From Octopus sinensis (taxonomy: Eukaryota), in assembly GCF_006345805.1 (NCBI RefSeq), contig NC_042997.1, forward strand, positions 118,606,001-118,670,000: a DNA stretch of 64,000 bases, given 5' to 3'. Made by a program: the position numbers and the translations under genes. Numbering within the stretch: position 1 is the first letter of the stretch; every line of letters begins with the position of its first letter. A model generated the notes under the pieces. It was not told the DNA's origin. It saw only the letters and a list, made by a program, of their open reading frames with translations, and made no database searches. Shown piece by piece: positions 11,493 to 25,070 of this stretch.

Positions 11493-12296
11493 GAGCAACA
11501 CGCCCCCGTCCAATGGACGGTGCTGAGTTGTCAAATATTTAAATCGAATTTTCTCAAAACAACTTGTCCCATAGGACTCCTCTTTGAGAAACACCGATTT
11601 AACCTAAATTTAAGACATTAGGAAAAGAAGAAATAAGATAGAGTCTTTTCTATTCTAAAGAAAAACGATTTTATTCACACAAATATGCAACCGAAGAGTT
11701 TAAAGTACCAGTAATGATAAGGCTGTTGACTGGGAAAAAACAAACATGGTTTAAACAGTAAGCTTGGCAGGAAAGAAAACGTGCCTTTAAGCAGTACAAA
11801 AGCAGCAAAAAATGGAAGGTGCAGTTATGTACAGGTTGACGGAAGAAAAGCAGGACAAAAACGATGCATGCAAATAGGTTAGCTGGAGGTAGAACTAGTT
11901 GGAAAAGCATGATGAATTTATGAGAACGTACCTGGGACAATATTTAGGTTATCCGATAAAACATGTAGGAAATCAACTTGGGGCGATTTTTTTTAAAGAG
12001 CAACAACCTAGGGAACTAAGTAACTAGTTTTAAGCTAACTTACTTTACGGGATGTTGAAGGGCATGGAAATGTTAGTGGATCGCAGCCTTGTAAACCACA
12101 TTCCTGAAGTACTTACGCGTACAAATGCACGTTCCCACGGCTTTATCAATCGCATTCTCGCCTTGAATCGATTTTTGTAATTTTTACAAGACTTATACAC
12201 ACCTTGATACCGTCGGTATCTACATATCAAATTTGAGCGCAATCCGATGGAGGATGCCCGATATCCTAGAAGACACACACAGAGACAGGACGGATT

Positions 12297-12302
<6 letters not shown>
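11492..12302 (-). mobile_element. Non-autonomous Helitron-like element, copy 2 (tandem, offset 870-871)
   Basis: Identical to copy 1 except two 1-bp indels; separated from it by (TA)n. Confidence 0.65.
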
Positions 12303-12335
<33 letters not shown>

Positions 12336-12401
12336 TACGGAGATGTATTTGCATAGCAAGTGACCTGATCTGATATCGTGTGCTGGAACGAAAACATTTG
12401 C

Positions 12402-12660
12402 AGCACGGAAGATGTTTATAAGCCATTTAAAACCGTTAGATTCACTTCAACATTTAAATTTAATTTGCCAAAATAATTTCGGCTCTTTGAGACCGCGACA
12501 TGTTCACTGGCAAAATTCTGACATGCAGCACGGAATTTCGTCAGTGAACAGGTCGCGGTCCCAAAGCGACGAAAATATTTTGGCAAATTAAATTTAAATG
12601 TTGAGTGAATCTAACGGTTTTTGTGTGTTTCTTAAATGGCTTATAAACACCATCCACGCT
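12402..12660. repeat. Foldback of about 260 bp
   Basis: gatgtttataagccatttaa..aaccgttagattcac...gaccgcgacatgttcactg pairs with cagtgaacaggtcgcggtc...gtgaatctaacggtt...ttaaatggcttataaacac. Confidence 0.88.
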
Positions 12661-13211
12661 AGTGTAATTAGGCTATGCCATTTGTAGATATAACGGTATA
12701 TGTATGTGATATATCATGTAAAGAAAGGAAGGATGTTGTGCGGTTAGTGAACGTAACTGTACTATTCATTCTGAAGAGAGAGGATCATCCCAGGCAAAAG
12801 ATGAGCTATTCTTCCATATGTTGGAGAGAATCGGGTGAGCTATGGTGTAAAAAGACAACAAATGTTGGTGGATGGTAAAGGCTGTGGGTGAGTAAGCTAA
12901 AACGGACGACGCAGTATTATTTTAGCGAATGTCTCTTAAGTTTTCCGCAAAAATAGCATCAAATCTGCGGCCCATTTCTCCAATGTGTTGCGATCCATAC
13001 AGAAAACACGTGAAATATATTATGTTTTTCTTTTTTGTGTGTGATACAAGGCAAATCGTCACTGATGTTGATGGAGATGCTCTTTGTGTATTAGAAGGAG
13101 TCGGGAAGCTACGAAATCGAAGACCACACATATACACACACAGATACCCACCCTGCACGACCGCATATGTCTCCCTTTCTCTCTCTCTCACTCTTTCATA
13201 TATATATACAC

Positions 13212-13712
<501 letters not shown>

Positions 13713-13818
13713 CCTGCTCACTTAGCCATCGGGGTGGCGTCATTCGAAGGCTAAAACAATGCGAACGCATTGTGACCAGCGATGTGTAACAACGTCTGAT
13801 GGTCTGGTCGGTCACGTG

Positions 13819-13851
<33 letters not shown>

Positions 13852-14070
13852 GCTTCTTTTACTATGCAGGTCAATCATTCCTCAGTAAAAGCAAGGCCCC
13901 TTGTTCGATTTTCTTACGTATTTTACAGGATATGTAGGATTATGTATCCCATGTCTCATGTACTTTTTGTCTGAATCGGTACAAAACATTTAAAGCAAAA
14001 ATGAAGTAAAACACGTTTGTAGGGTGTTTCTTTTTATTATGCAGGTTAACAAGATACTGCTTTCCGCCAG

Positions 14071-14265
14071 GTTAGCATGCCGGACGAAATGCTTAGCGAT
14101 ATATCATCTGTCTTTACGTTCTGAGTTCAAATTTTGCCGAGATCGAAGTTGCCTTTCATCCTTTCGGGGTCGATAAATTAAGTAACAGTTGCGTACTGGC
14201 GTCGATCTAATCGACTGACCCCCTCCCCCTAAATTTGGAGCCTTGTACCTAGAGTAGAAAATAAT
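14071..14265 (+). mobile_element. tRNA-derived SINE family A, diverged
   Basis: gttagcatgccggacgaaatgcttagcg...gttctgagttcaaattttgccgag...cctttcggggtcgataaattaagta. Confidence 0.75.
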
Positions 14266-14754
14266 ACAATCTTAACAACGTTATTTATTATATTTAATAC
14301 GTTGAGAAATTCGAGCAGACGCTAATGACTTTTTTTCTTTGCGTTATTAAGTGAAGTAATGTGTAGAGTAAATCTAGTTTTAAGTATTTGCAGTGACACT
14401 GATATACGAAAAAAAGGGACGTAAGGTTTAGTGAAGGAAAGGTTTGAGAGATGTGTTCAGAGGAATTAGGTGTAGGTGCGGCGAGGTATATAGTGAAGTG
14501 AAAGATTGTTATAAACAGCAGACCTGCAATAAAGTATTTGATTCGTAAGGCATTTTCCACGCAGAGGCAAGCTTGTATAGTATTGAAAATCGAGATATTT
14601 TTGATATTTTCAGCTGGATTTGTGTATGGTTGGAATCGGCAATGAACAAAAGATTATCAGCGCCAGAATAGCAGAATGTATATTGTTGTTATTAATTAGC
14701 TTGTTTTAACTGTTGAGTTGTTTTATTGTAACAGTTGGAAGCATTTTTTTATGT

Positions 14755-15125
14755 GACCGTGTGATAAGGAGCTTGCTTCAAAACCACATGGTTCCAGGTT
14801 CAGTCCTACTCCATGGTACCTTGTCAAGTGTCTTCTACTATGGCCTCGGGCAGACCAAAGGCTTGTGAGTGGATTTGGTAGACGGAACCTGAAAGAAGTC
14901 CGTCGTATATGTATATGTTTATTTGTGTGTGTTTGTGTTTGTCTCTCACTATCGCTTGACAACCGATGTTGATGTGTTTACATCCCCGTAACTTAGCGTT
15001 TCAGCAAAAGAGACTGAAAGAATAAGTACTAGGCTTACAAAGAGTAAGTCCTGGGATCGATTTCTTCGTGTAAAGGTTGTGCTCCAAGATGGCCGCAGTC
15101 AAATGACTGAAACATGTAAAGAATA
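14755..15125 (+). mobile_element. SINE family D
   Basis: ccacatggttccaggttcagtcct...gtgagtggatttggtagacggaacctgaaagaag...agtactaggcttacaaagagtaagtcctggg...atgactgaaacatgtaaaaga. Confidence 0.8.
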
Positions 15126-15801
15126 AAAGAATAAATAATTATTGTATGGTGGATTGTACCAAATTATATTGACGCAATCAAGCACATTCACGGATGCCGC
15201 ATCACAACCAGTATGGCTGTGATCGAAATAAACTGACATTTCCTGACTGTTTACTTCAGGTGAGGCACATTTATGCCCCGAATGTACAACTGTTATTAAA
15301 TGGATTTATTTCCCGCATTATAAGAATGCTTCTGTCTTTACTATTTTTAATGTTTTTCTTCTTTATCCATACATCCCATACATACACACACACACTCAAC
15401 ACCACACGCGCACACCCACACGTTCACCCTCCCAGTCACATATACGCGGCTCACGTTTCGTTGTTAATCCTTGAGTTTAACCAAGATGAGTGATGAAAAA
15501 CAAAAACCATGACGATGGAAATGTGGGTAAAAATATTTTATTCAGGTATAGTAGGAAATAACTTGCAAATGTTTGACGTGATAAGGTATGGATAATGATT
15601 TCATGTCGACTGGAAGAGATTATGGTGTGAAATTTATAACAAAAGCGTTGCGTCAAAAGGTTTCCATCGCACACTTTTACAACACACTTCGATAAAGTGA
15701 AAGTTAGTCTCCCAGTTTCCGCAATGGCATCCGAGGTAATTATAAATGTATCTGCATTACTTAAATGTAAAGTGGTAATACTAAAAGGGATAGAAAGAGT
15801 A

Positions 15802-15852
<51 letters not shown>

Positions 15853-16986
15853 GGATGGATAGAGAAGAGAGGGATAAGTGTCAGAAACAGATTGGTTGTG
15901 TGAGAAAGTGACAAAGAGAAACTATGTGAAGCAATATAAGAACAGAAATCGCGAATGCATTTGGATGAGTTTCAATCGAATTTATACATGGGATTACATT
16001 GTTACATTGTTTCCATTATTATGAATTTAAACTATTTGAGGCATACTTAAATTGAACCAATGTTTCTTCAATTAATAATGAGAGGTCGTCACAAGGAGGG
16101 TCTCTGATAAACTTTTGCATAGTAAGTCAAGGACTGAAGTGATATGAAAAATGACTTATAGTAAGTAAATCCCTTAATTTCACTTGCTATTTCTAGAATC
16201 AAACATGAAATTTGAAAAATACTCGCCCAAATCTGAAGAACTTTGTTGAAGTTAAACACCTCGGAGACTTATGTTATTATTGCAAATATAATGCACGTAC
16301 ACTTTTGAGACAATCTATTCAGCATAATTGCAATAGTTTCTTGATAGTCTTGTCGAAAATCTAATACCATTTTACCATATAAACTAACAGTAAGAACGAT
16401 TGACTGAAGAACAGCCAAAAAGCGAAATGCCTGGAAGCGATTGCACGGTATTATCAGCAAAATACAGCAAACAAATGAGTTAATATTTAAAATAGCATTC
16501 TAAAGGTGGATACAGAAGAATGAAAATCTAACACATGATTTATTGTCATTGTATAGAGATAACTGATATTTCTGTCTGAAAATACTTTCATATTTCCAAT
16601 AAACAATTTCGTTTATTTTACCGTAGGAAGTCGAACTCCAATTAAAATTAGCCTCGGGGGACTATCTTTAAGTTAACTATTTCGTAAGATTGCGACCTAT
16701 TCAAACTGAACGCCGTATCTTTGGATAGGTGAAAATGGTAACACATGTAACTTTATTTGTATTTTCGATGTCTCTTGTAGTAAGAATCTTGCTCTCCAAC
16801 TACATTGTTTCGCGTTCAGTTCCACTGCGGGACAGCTTAGGTACGTGTCTTCTACTGTAAATCCGAGTCGACCGAAAACCTGAGAGTGGATTTGGTAGAT
16901 AGGAGGTGAAAGAAGACAGTTGTGTACATATGTATGTAAACACACACACACACACACACGTGTATATATATATATATATATATATA

Positions 16987-17427
16987 AATTGAATAAATAG
17001 AGTCAACAGGAAGGAGGACTTTTAGACATATATTTAATAAACACTACACATGTTTAGATACAATATAGATACACAGGATATAAATTAAGCAAAGGTTTAC
17101 CTGTATAAGGGGATCCAGTTGTATCTCCTCAGGTGATCTATAACCACTGTCCCTGTAAGTAAATCTTTGACTTTGATGCTAACATATCCCACTGGCGTCT
17201 ACGAGATTCAAAAGAGCCAGTTGGATGTGTTAGCACCAAAGTCAAAGATATACTTACGGGGACAACGATTATAAATCACCCGAGGAAATACAACTGAATC
17301 CCTTTATACAGGTAAACCTTTGCTTAATTTATATCCTGTGTATATTTGGATCTCGGATGTATCGAAATATGTGTAGTGTTTATTAAATAAATGTCTAAAC
17401 GCAGTTTCCTGTTGACTCTATTCAATT
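16987..17427. repeat. Foldback of about 440 bp (arms about 210 bp, 19-nt loop)
   Basis: aattgaata..tagagtcaacagg...caggatataaattaagcaaaggtttacctgtata...gctaacatatcccactggc pairs with gccagttggatgtgttagc...tatacaggtaaacctttgcttaatttatatcctg...cctgttgactctattcaatt. Confidence 0.93.
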
Positions 17428-18099
17428 TTTATTTTTCACACACGATGAATGCCTAAGCCTAGATTTCAATACTATCGGCTATTTGGTAATTCTAAGGGTG
17501 AACGAGCTCTATTTTGTACTCTAATACACTTTAACATTATACACACACACACACATATATATAGTTGAAATTTACTGAAAAACAGGGGTGTAAGCAAGAA
17601 GCAGGTGTATTAGTTTGACGCTCGGGAAGGTGAGAATGTATTTTACGTTTCCAGCCTACGTTCTTCAACAGAAAGGAACACGAGGAAATAAACCAAAGAG
17701 AGTTAAAAATAAAAAATAAAAAACTTTTGGAGCTACAAGTGTGTATGTGCTTGGTTTTGTCTGTTCTGACGCTTGTCAACCGATGTTAGTTTGTTTATAT
17801 GCCTGTATGTAACTTAGCAGTTCGGTGCAGGAGAGCAATTGCCTTAAAAACGAAATGAATATTGAGATCGATTTCTTCGATTAATATTTTCAAAACAGTG
17901 CCCCAGCATGGCCGCAGTTCATTGACTAAAACAAGTAAAAGAGAAAAGATAAACCAGGTTAAACCACATTTCAATGTGATTTAGCTAATATATACATAGA
18001 GGGAGGTGTGTATAAAATGGTATACATATCCATGTGGTTGTGCGTGTATGTATATATGAGTGTCCGGCTGTGCGGGTATGTACTTATTGGTAGATGTCT

Positions 18100-18815
18100 A
18101 ATATTGGCTTCAAAGTTCTGGCACATGGCCAGTAAGTTCGAGCTAGGGAATAAATCGATTACATAAACTCCAGTGCTAAACTAGCGGCAATCGTTTCCAA
18201 TTCGAAAGGTTGAAAGGCAAAAATCAACCTCAGAGGAATTTAAATCCAGAACAGAAAGCGGGACGAAATATCACTAAGCATTTTACATGGCATGCCACTG
18301 ATGCTTTCAGCTCGCTGTGGTAGTTATTTTATGAACTCCAAAATGGATGAAATGCAAATTCGACCTCGGCAGAATTTGGACTCAGAACGTAAATACGGAT
18401 GAAATGCCGCTAAGTATTTTGTCGGCTATGCTAACAATCTTGTCACTTCGCCGCCTTGGTTGATGTTTAATATTGATTTTCTCGAGGTCTACTTTGCCTT
18501 TCATTCTTTCTGGATCGATAGATTAAGTACCAGTTGCATACTGAGATCGATCTAATCGACTGGTCTCCTCCCCCCAAATTTCGGGCCTTGTGCCTAGAGT
18601 AGAAAATAATATTGATTTTCAATATGGGCAGAAGGCCAGCGATTTGTGTGAAGGATTGCATCCAGTCTGTGCACAACTGATATTTTTTTAATCCACCCTG
18701 AGAGAATGAAAGGCAAAGCCGACAACGGTGGAAGATGAACTCAGAACGTAAGAATGGACGAAATACTATTAAACATTTTGCCCGGCATGCTAACTATCTT
18801 GCCAGCTCGCCACCC
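18100..18815. mobile_element. Cluster of diverged SINE family A fragments on both strands
   Basis: Repeated motifs gacctcggcagaatttggactcagaacgt, ctttgcctttcattctttctggatcgata, gaatgaaaggcaaagccgac...ctcagaacgt. Confidence 0.7.
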
Positions 18816-19490
18816 AGGTAGATGTCTATAATTGACAAGTCACTGCCACAACAATAGCAACGGACATCACTTCTCTGTTCACTGTGACAAAATATTGTAA
18901 AATAAATTATATTTAATCTAACTTTTGCATCGTTTATTTTATCAGTTTAATTCATATTTCTTGTCATTATTTCAGTTGATGTTTAAAAATTACTTTTGAA
19001 ATCTAAAGTTAATGAGATAAGAAAATACAGTCGAGAATTATAAATGCCAAGTTTTGAAACATTTAGTTTTCGACATGTCTCAAGCATTTATAAAAAAACC
19101 AAAAATAAAGATAAAAAGAGTATTTTAAGTGAACAAAACTAAAATCAATAATTACATGTGAAATACTTGCCCAGCGCCTAATTTTCACTTATACATTCAA
19201 CATGATTAATTTTTAAAAAAGTTTTCAAGCAGTTATAAAGCTTAAGCTGTCCAAGTTACATGCCATATACAATGGCAAATTCTTTTAAACTTCTTGCGTG
19301 TATATGAAGTTTGTATCAATAATGGAAGTCTATATTTGGAATATTTTCAAATCACTTGGTGAATTTTACATAATTACATAAATGCGTGTGACTGCCGATT
19401 GAATTTTGCAAATGCAAATGCATACGTACATGTACATACATACAAGCATACAAAACAAACAAAAGAAAACCAAACGTACATACATACATG

Positions 19491-19522
<32 letters not shown>

Positions 19523-19609
19523 CACATATATATACTTACAGGTATTTGAACAGATACATATAAATATACATACACATTCCTTTGCAGGCATGTATATAAA
19601 GGTATGTAC

Positions 19610-19692
<83 letters not shown>

Positions 19693-19789
19693 CGTGTGTG
19701 TGTGTGTGAATAAAAAAAAAATTATATTGTGGAAATTATGTGTACAAATAAATGTAAGACTGCTACTCTTGTGTTTTGAGATTTATGTT

Positions 19790-20480
19790 GCCATGCCATC
19801 GTCATGTATCATACGCCCGCAGCGCATTGATGACACTTCAAAACTTTCCTTCCTATTAAGAATTAGTTCTCCAGCTGCCTTGTCATTCCTGTGCAACCAG
19901 CTCTTTTCATGATGTCCATTGCCTGCTTCTTGATCCACTACTATCTACTCTTCATCACATGATCATATTTTCCATCGTTTTCACAATGTTCAGGAGAGTT
20001 GTCTTCCCATTCTTGTTCTAACACCCATTCATTTCCTCTACGATCCTTGTACCATACTCGTAACATTCTCTTCAACACTCGCATTTTTAATGCATTGATT
20101 GTATTCTCTTCAAATTTGTGCAGAATCCAACCGCAAATGCTTATTGGCTAAATAAGCGCTTACACTACCCTAACTTCTGACTTAAAGACACTTCCACTAC
20201 TCCAGATGTTTTTGAATTTTTAGCTTAACATTCTTGCCATGGCTAGCCGTGTCGTGATTTGTTTCTTACGTTTGGTTTCATCAGATTGGTGCACAGCAGT
20301 ATATGTACCCATACACAAGGGGGAAGACCTGCTCATGTTTGAGAATTATCAAACTGTCGCTGTGATACGACATGCAAGTAAAATACTAGAGCATTTGAAA
20401 CCATTCCCCGAACAAGAAATAGCTAAAGAACTAGCTGGCTTTAGAAGTGGGTGTGACACAAGAAATCATTTTATGTTACG
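19790..20480. mobile_element. Degraded RTE-clade LINE: RT C-terminal part on minus (about 19790-20240), RT N-terminal part on plus (about 20281-20472)
   Basis: Plus: SDWCTAVYVPIHKGEDLLMFENYQTVAVIRHASKIL...EQEIAKELAGFRSGCDTRNHF. Minus: ...FEENTINALKMRVLKRMLRVWYKDRRGNEWVLEQ. Confidence 0.75.
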
Positions 20481-21010
20481 TAAGAGCATACAAACTTACA
20501 AATCACCTTTACCACATCGATTATTATGCAAACTATGGCTACATGTGATGACGCATCGCGGCTAATATCGCATTCTGAAGCTGCTCATTAAGTCTCATCG
20601 GGCAGCTTTACATTCAGCTAAAGTCCTGAATTCGAGTAAATAATGAGAACACATATATATTGTCCAGAATCACGCCGGATGCGGAGGAGGAAAGGAAATA
20701 ATAATTCAGTGAAGGAGAAGTAGTGACGGTAATAAACCTGACAGAGAGGAAGTGAAAGAAAGTAATAGCAATGAGAAAAAGGAAGGGTGATAGATGATTA
20801 AGGAAGGAAGAGGTGAACAAATCAGCGTTTCACCTCTGTGTGAGTATATGTGTGTATGTGTGTGCGTGTACAAGGGAAGTATGTGAATGTATGTGTAATT
20901 ATTATGTACCTTATATTGTACCATATTTATATATAAAATACTACAATTAGCCGTCATTATTATTAGACACCTGGTCAGCTAGTAATTTATAAAATATCCG
21001 GTTAACATGT

Positions 21011-21312
21011 GAAGGCACATGGCCTAGTGGTTAGAGCAGCGGACTTACGGTCGAGGGATCGAGGGTTCGAATCTCAGACGGGGTGATGCGTGTGTTTGTG
21101 AGCGAAACACCTAAGCTTCACGCGGCTCCGGCAGAAGGTAATGGCGAACTTCTGCTGACTCTTTCGCCACAACTTTCTCTCACTATCTCCTCCAGTATCT
21201 TGCAGCTCACCTGCGAAGGACCGGCGTACCGTCCAGGTAGGGAATCTATACGCCAAGGAAACCGGGAACCCAGCCCTATGAGCCAGGTGTGGCTCGAGAA
21301 AGAACAAACAAC
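21011..21312 (+). mobile_element. tRNA-derived SINE family B
   Basis: A box tggcctagtggttag and B box ggttcgaatc; homologous to 33275-33530. Confidence 0.85.
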
Positions 21313-21329
21313 CGGTCAACATAACTGAG

Positions 21330-21975
21330 GAGTATGCTTCTTTGCGGTGGTATTCTGTAATTGTGTGATTTAGTATTGTGCATTGGTAATGTATTGTAAG
21401 CGATCAACAAGTGTATGTGGATGAGCGTTAGGATTAGGGTTAGGATTATAGTTTGGTATTTGGCATAAGTCTTGAATGTCTTCTTCCAGCAGGTATAGGT
21501 CCATGGGCTAGATCCATGCTGCACAGAAATTACACGGCTGAAAACTAGTGTCATGTGACAGGGCTTTGGTGAAGCTGTTCTATTATAGCCCACTTGAATT
21601 TCAGCATTCACAGAGTGGCTCGAAGGAATTGGGTATACACTTGAGTTTCTATAGTCAGGTTCTGTAAAAGGTGTTGCTGTTATTTAAGTCTGTTCTTAAA
21701 CTAGTTAGTAGTAAGGCTGATGTAAGCGTTGTTGGGAGAGTGCGTCCTGACATAACATTTATATAGTTTTTCTCGTAGGATTGTGATTATATATCTTAGG
21801 CAGTTGGTTCTATTCGATCTCTTGTTAGTGTCACTGCAGCATCTTCTATGTATGTTATGTGTAGCCATGTTAGAAGAGGCAATATTATGCTAGAGTAGAG
21901 AAATGTTTAACTGCACTCTCATTAAATACCTTGTGGTAGCGATTCTGGTAGGGAAGTGCTATTGTAGAGCAGAAG
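21330..21975 (-). mobile_element. Possible degraded LINE 3' region
   Basis: A-rich minus strand with a weak resemblance to an RT thumb region (YSSIILPLLTW...RIEPTA*DI); several stops. Confidence 0.3.
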
Positions 21976-22904
21976 AAGATTTCTTCTTTATTGTCCCCAT
22001 TAGAAAATGGTACTGGATAAATTTCACTTGACATGTGGGTGTGTGGGTGGGCAGTGTGATGTGACTATTAAGAAATTATAATAAGATACAAGATAGTTTA
22101 TGAGAAATGAATATGAAACGAATTTATGAGTGCAGAAAATTGTTTTCTGTTTGATTTGGTTTGATCAAAAACCAAAATAATGATTAAGCTTTGTGTATAT
22201 AAAAAAAAATATTAGGGTTGGTGAGTTTTCTGGAGACAGAAGGTGGGTAACGCCGTCAAATAAATTACCGTTTGTGGTGATATGTATTCGGTTGTTTTCG
22301 AAGAGAATTATTTAATAGGCTGTTCTATGTTTTGTTCTATCGTCTGGTATTATTTATGTGTTTAGTATATCCATTATTTCATTGATGAAGCTGTCTGTCG
22401 TAAAAGATAGCGACACACGACAATATAAGTCATACGTGAAAGTAAGGTGGCGAATGTCTACAATTGCTAATGTCAAACTTCGAAACTTTATAGGAACTCA
22501 TACAAACGTATACAATACGTTGATAAAAATAAAGATCCATCAGTATATTCCAAGTAACTTGATATAACACACACACGCATACGTACACATATTGAACATT
22601 AACATTTACAGACAGAGCTGTAAATATGTGATCTACATAAACTTATCGTTAAATTAACCCTGTCCATGTGCTAAATAAATATTCCCATAAGGTTTGGCTC
22701 ATAGAAAGCAATACCAATCGTATGTGTCACTGTGGCTTCATAGCTATAGTTGCTGGAAAATATCTGTCTAAAACATGAAACTCACTTATGCTTCTATATA
22801 AAAACAACCATATCAAGGAGAAGGGATAAAAAAAACTAATATATTTTCATCCAGAAAATATATATTGACGCTTATTTTCGTTTCTACCAATTTTCTACAA
22901 ATAT

Positions 22905-23075
22905 TTACCTCCTCTCCTTCCTCCTCCTCCCCTTCCTCCTCTATCCTACTCTTCTACCTCCTCCTCCTCCTCCTCCTCCTCTACCTCTTCTTCCTCTATC
23001 CTCCTCCTCGTCTCATCCGCCTCTTCCTCCTCTACCTCCTCCTGCCCTCCTCTCCTCCTCCCATTCCCCTCCTCC
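22905..23075. repeat. (CCT)n/(CTT)n low-complexity pyrimidine tract
   Basis: Directly visible. Confidence 0.9.
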
Positions 23076-23380
23076 TCGGAGGCGTATGTATGCACGTATG
23101 TATGTATTAGAATTTCAATACAAGAAAACAAAATTGACAGGCTTCAATCCAAATCGCTACAATTATTTCGGTGCTTTAGTATGACCTCAGTGTTTCACGT
23201 ATATACATTATTTCATTGATGTGCTGCGACAATAGTTGTGTAAATGCACGTCATCAGGTGAGTAGGTTCGATTGTGTGTGTATTCTGATGAATATATATA
23301 AATATAACAACAAAAGAATGAATGAGATCTCAATATTATGTAAAATAGAGGAAATTATAAATATAATATCTGACAGTTGG

Positions 23381-23455
23381 TTGTCATAATAAAACTCAGA
23401 GTTTCGGATACCGGAGCTGAAGTCTGCTCCGGCATCTCATCAGTTATTAAGACAA
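23381..23455 (-). ncRNA. Type I hammerhead ribozyme
   Basis: Minus strand: ttgtcttaataa CTGATGA gatgccggagc agacttca gctccggtatc c GAAAC tctga GTT/ttattatgacaa; 11-bp stem II. Confidence 0.82.
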
Positions 23456-23461
23456 AACAGT

Positions 23462-23536
23462 TTGTCTTAATAACTGATGAGATGCCGGAGCAAACATCAG
23501 CCACGGTATCCGAAACTGTGAGTTTTATTATGACAA
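23462..23536 (+). ncRNA. Type I hammerhead ribozyme
   Basis: Stem I ttgtcttaataa/ttattatgacaa (11 of 12 bp); CTGATGA at 23474-23480; stem II gatgccg/cggtatc plus one extra C; GAAAC at 23512-23516; stem III ACT-gtg-AGT; cut after GTT at 23524. Confidence 0.8.
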
Positions 23537-23560
23537 CCAACTAATTGTCACATATTATAT

Positions 23561-23604
<44 letters not shown>

Positions 23605-25070
23605 ATAATGAACAGTTTTACTGACTGGTAGAAGGAGCAGGTGGCACAGTATGAAGTCTTTTGAAGTGTCTTTTGACTCTCCAAGAGAACAATAGCCGTA
23701 TCACAATTTACTTATATCAATTTGCTTTAAATATTATGTGTGCACCTTGGCGTGAGAGTGTAACATTGCTGAAATTCTGATTGAAGGAGCCTTTGATTGG
23801 CTATTTCTCTGTGACCGAGCAATTCTCTGAAGTACATAGCAACAATCATCACGATACCAGCTCTTGCAGCAGTAAGAATCTCAACAACAACAGGATGTTC
23901 ATTTTCAATTTTTGCCATTCACATTCATATTTATCTTACATTCTTCTGATATATTTCATTCTTAATTATTAAATACGTTCCAAAACCTCTTGTACTGGAC
24001 ATATTTCACTTGTGGACAATACGTTACACAAATAATACAAAATCTAATATTTTTCAGACGTCAAAAAGAATGTGTAAAAAAATCATAGGTGACGAATGAT
24101 GATTTTATATAGATATATTATTCTAATTCTATTAGCCAGACATTCAGGCGATAATCCAAGTGAATTTTCGCAGGCATAATGATATATAGACTAATCATTG
24201 CAGTCGAGGCTTAGTGATGCTTATATATCTATGTGCACCAACATTGAAAATGTAATTGTCTCAGAAAGAATTTAATTATGTTTCATCTCACGGAAGGAGT
24301 ATAAAGCAATGCTATGTTATGCATACAATATTCTTTCAGAAAAAAGTTTGTCTTCACCTGCTGTCTGTGAAATCTTTATGAACTTATTTGATACAAATAA
24401 ATATTTGATACAATGCTGCAAATTTTCCAATAACATTGTTATATAAAGAATTCCAAGGAAAGAAGCTCTTATGACAAAGTATTTTTCAGAATCGAAGAAA
24501 TACAATTATAAAGAAGAGTTCCAGATAATAGTAAGATATTGAATTATTATAGAAATATTGATTTCTCACACAAAATATTTCAGTTATTTAAAATACAGAC
24601 ATCAGTAACTTTGTAACATCATCGCCATCACAACCATCGTTGTCATAAGCATCGTAATCAGTTTGATCCTTTCATTGTCGATGATACCAGTTTCCTTATG
24701 TAAAGTCCCAAGATGAGCTATCCTAAATGGTTCGCTCTCTCATCTATTGATTTCTGTTCTTGGTTGCTGTGATCCGCTTATGACTATTAAAGTTTTATCT
24801 TCTTATGTCGCAGATAACCACTGCCCTCCATCACATTCAGAGTCTTCTCTGATTTCTCGCATCTCTAACCAGGTTTGCATCGAGTATTTGTCCAGATAAC
24901 CGAGGTTTCTATATTCCTTATACGTGCCCAGAACAACAAAGGCTTTCGTTGCATCAATCTCTTCCGTGATACGGAACTTCGCTTTATCTAAAATAACCGT
25001 GATCCTAAGTTTATTTTTCCTTTTGATGTTCATAATCTAAATAAGGTGTCTTCTCAGCAATGCCTGAAGA

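Larger units (their letters stand above)
23361..23560. repeat. 200-bp foldback containing two head-to-head hammerhead ribozymes
   Basis: atataatatctgacagttggttgtcataataaaactcagagtttcggataccggagc... pairs with ...cggtatccgaaactgtgagttttattatgacaaccaactaattgtcacatattatat. Confidence 0.92.

Noticed and set aside
20511-20737. Strong minus-strand splice acceptor with a polypyrimidine tract, as a coding exon joined to 27253
   Set aside because: The phase-1 join reads GLLPSLLLLH* and stops after 10 codons; no homology recognised.
21011-21090. tRNA-like sequences (also at 33275, 33841, 52180, 60384)
   Set aside because: A/B boxes run into SINE bodies that recur in the window; no complete cloverleaf could be supported.
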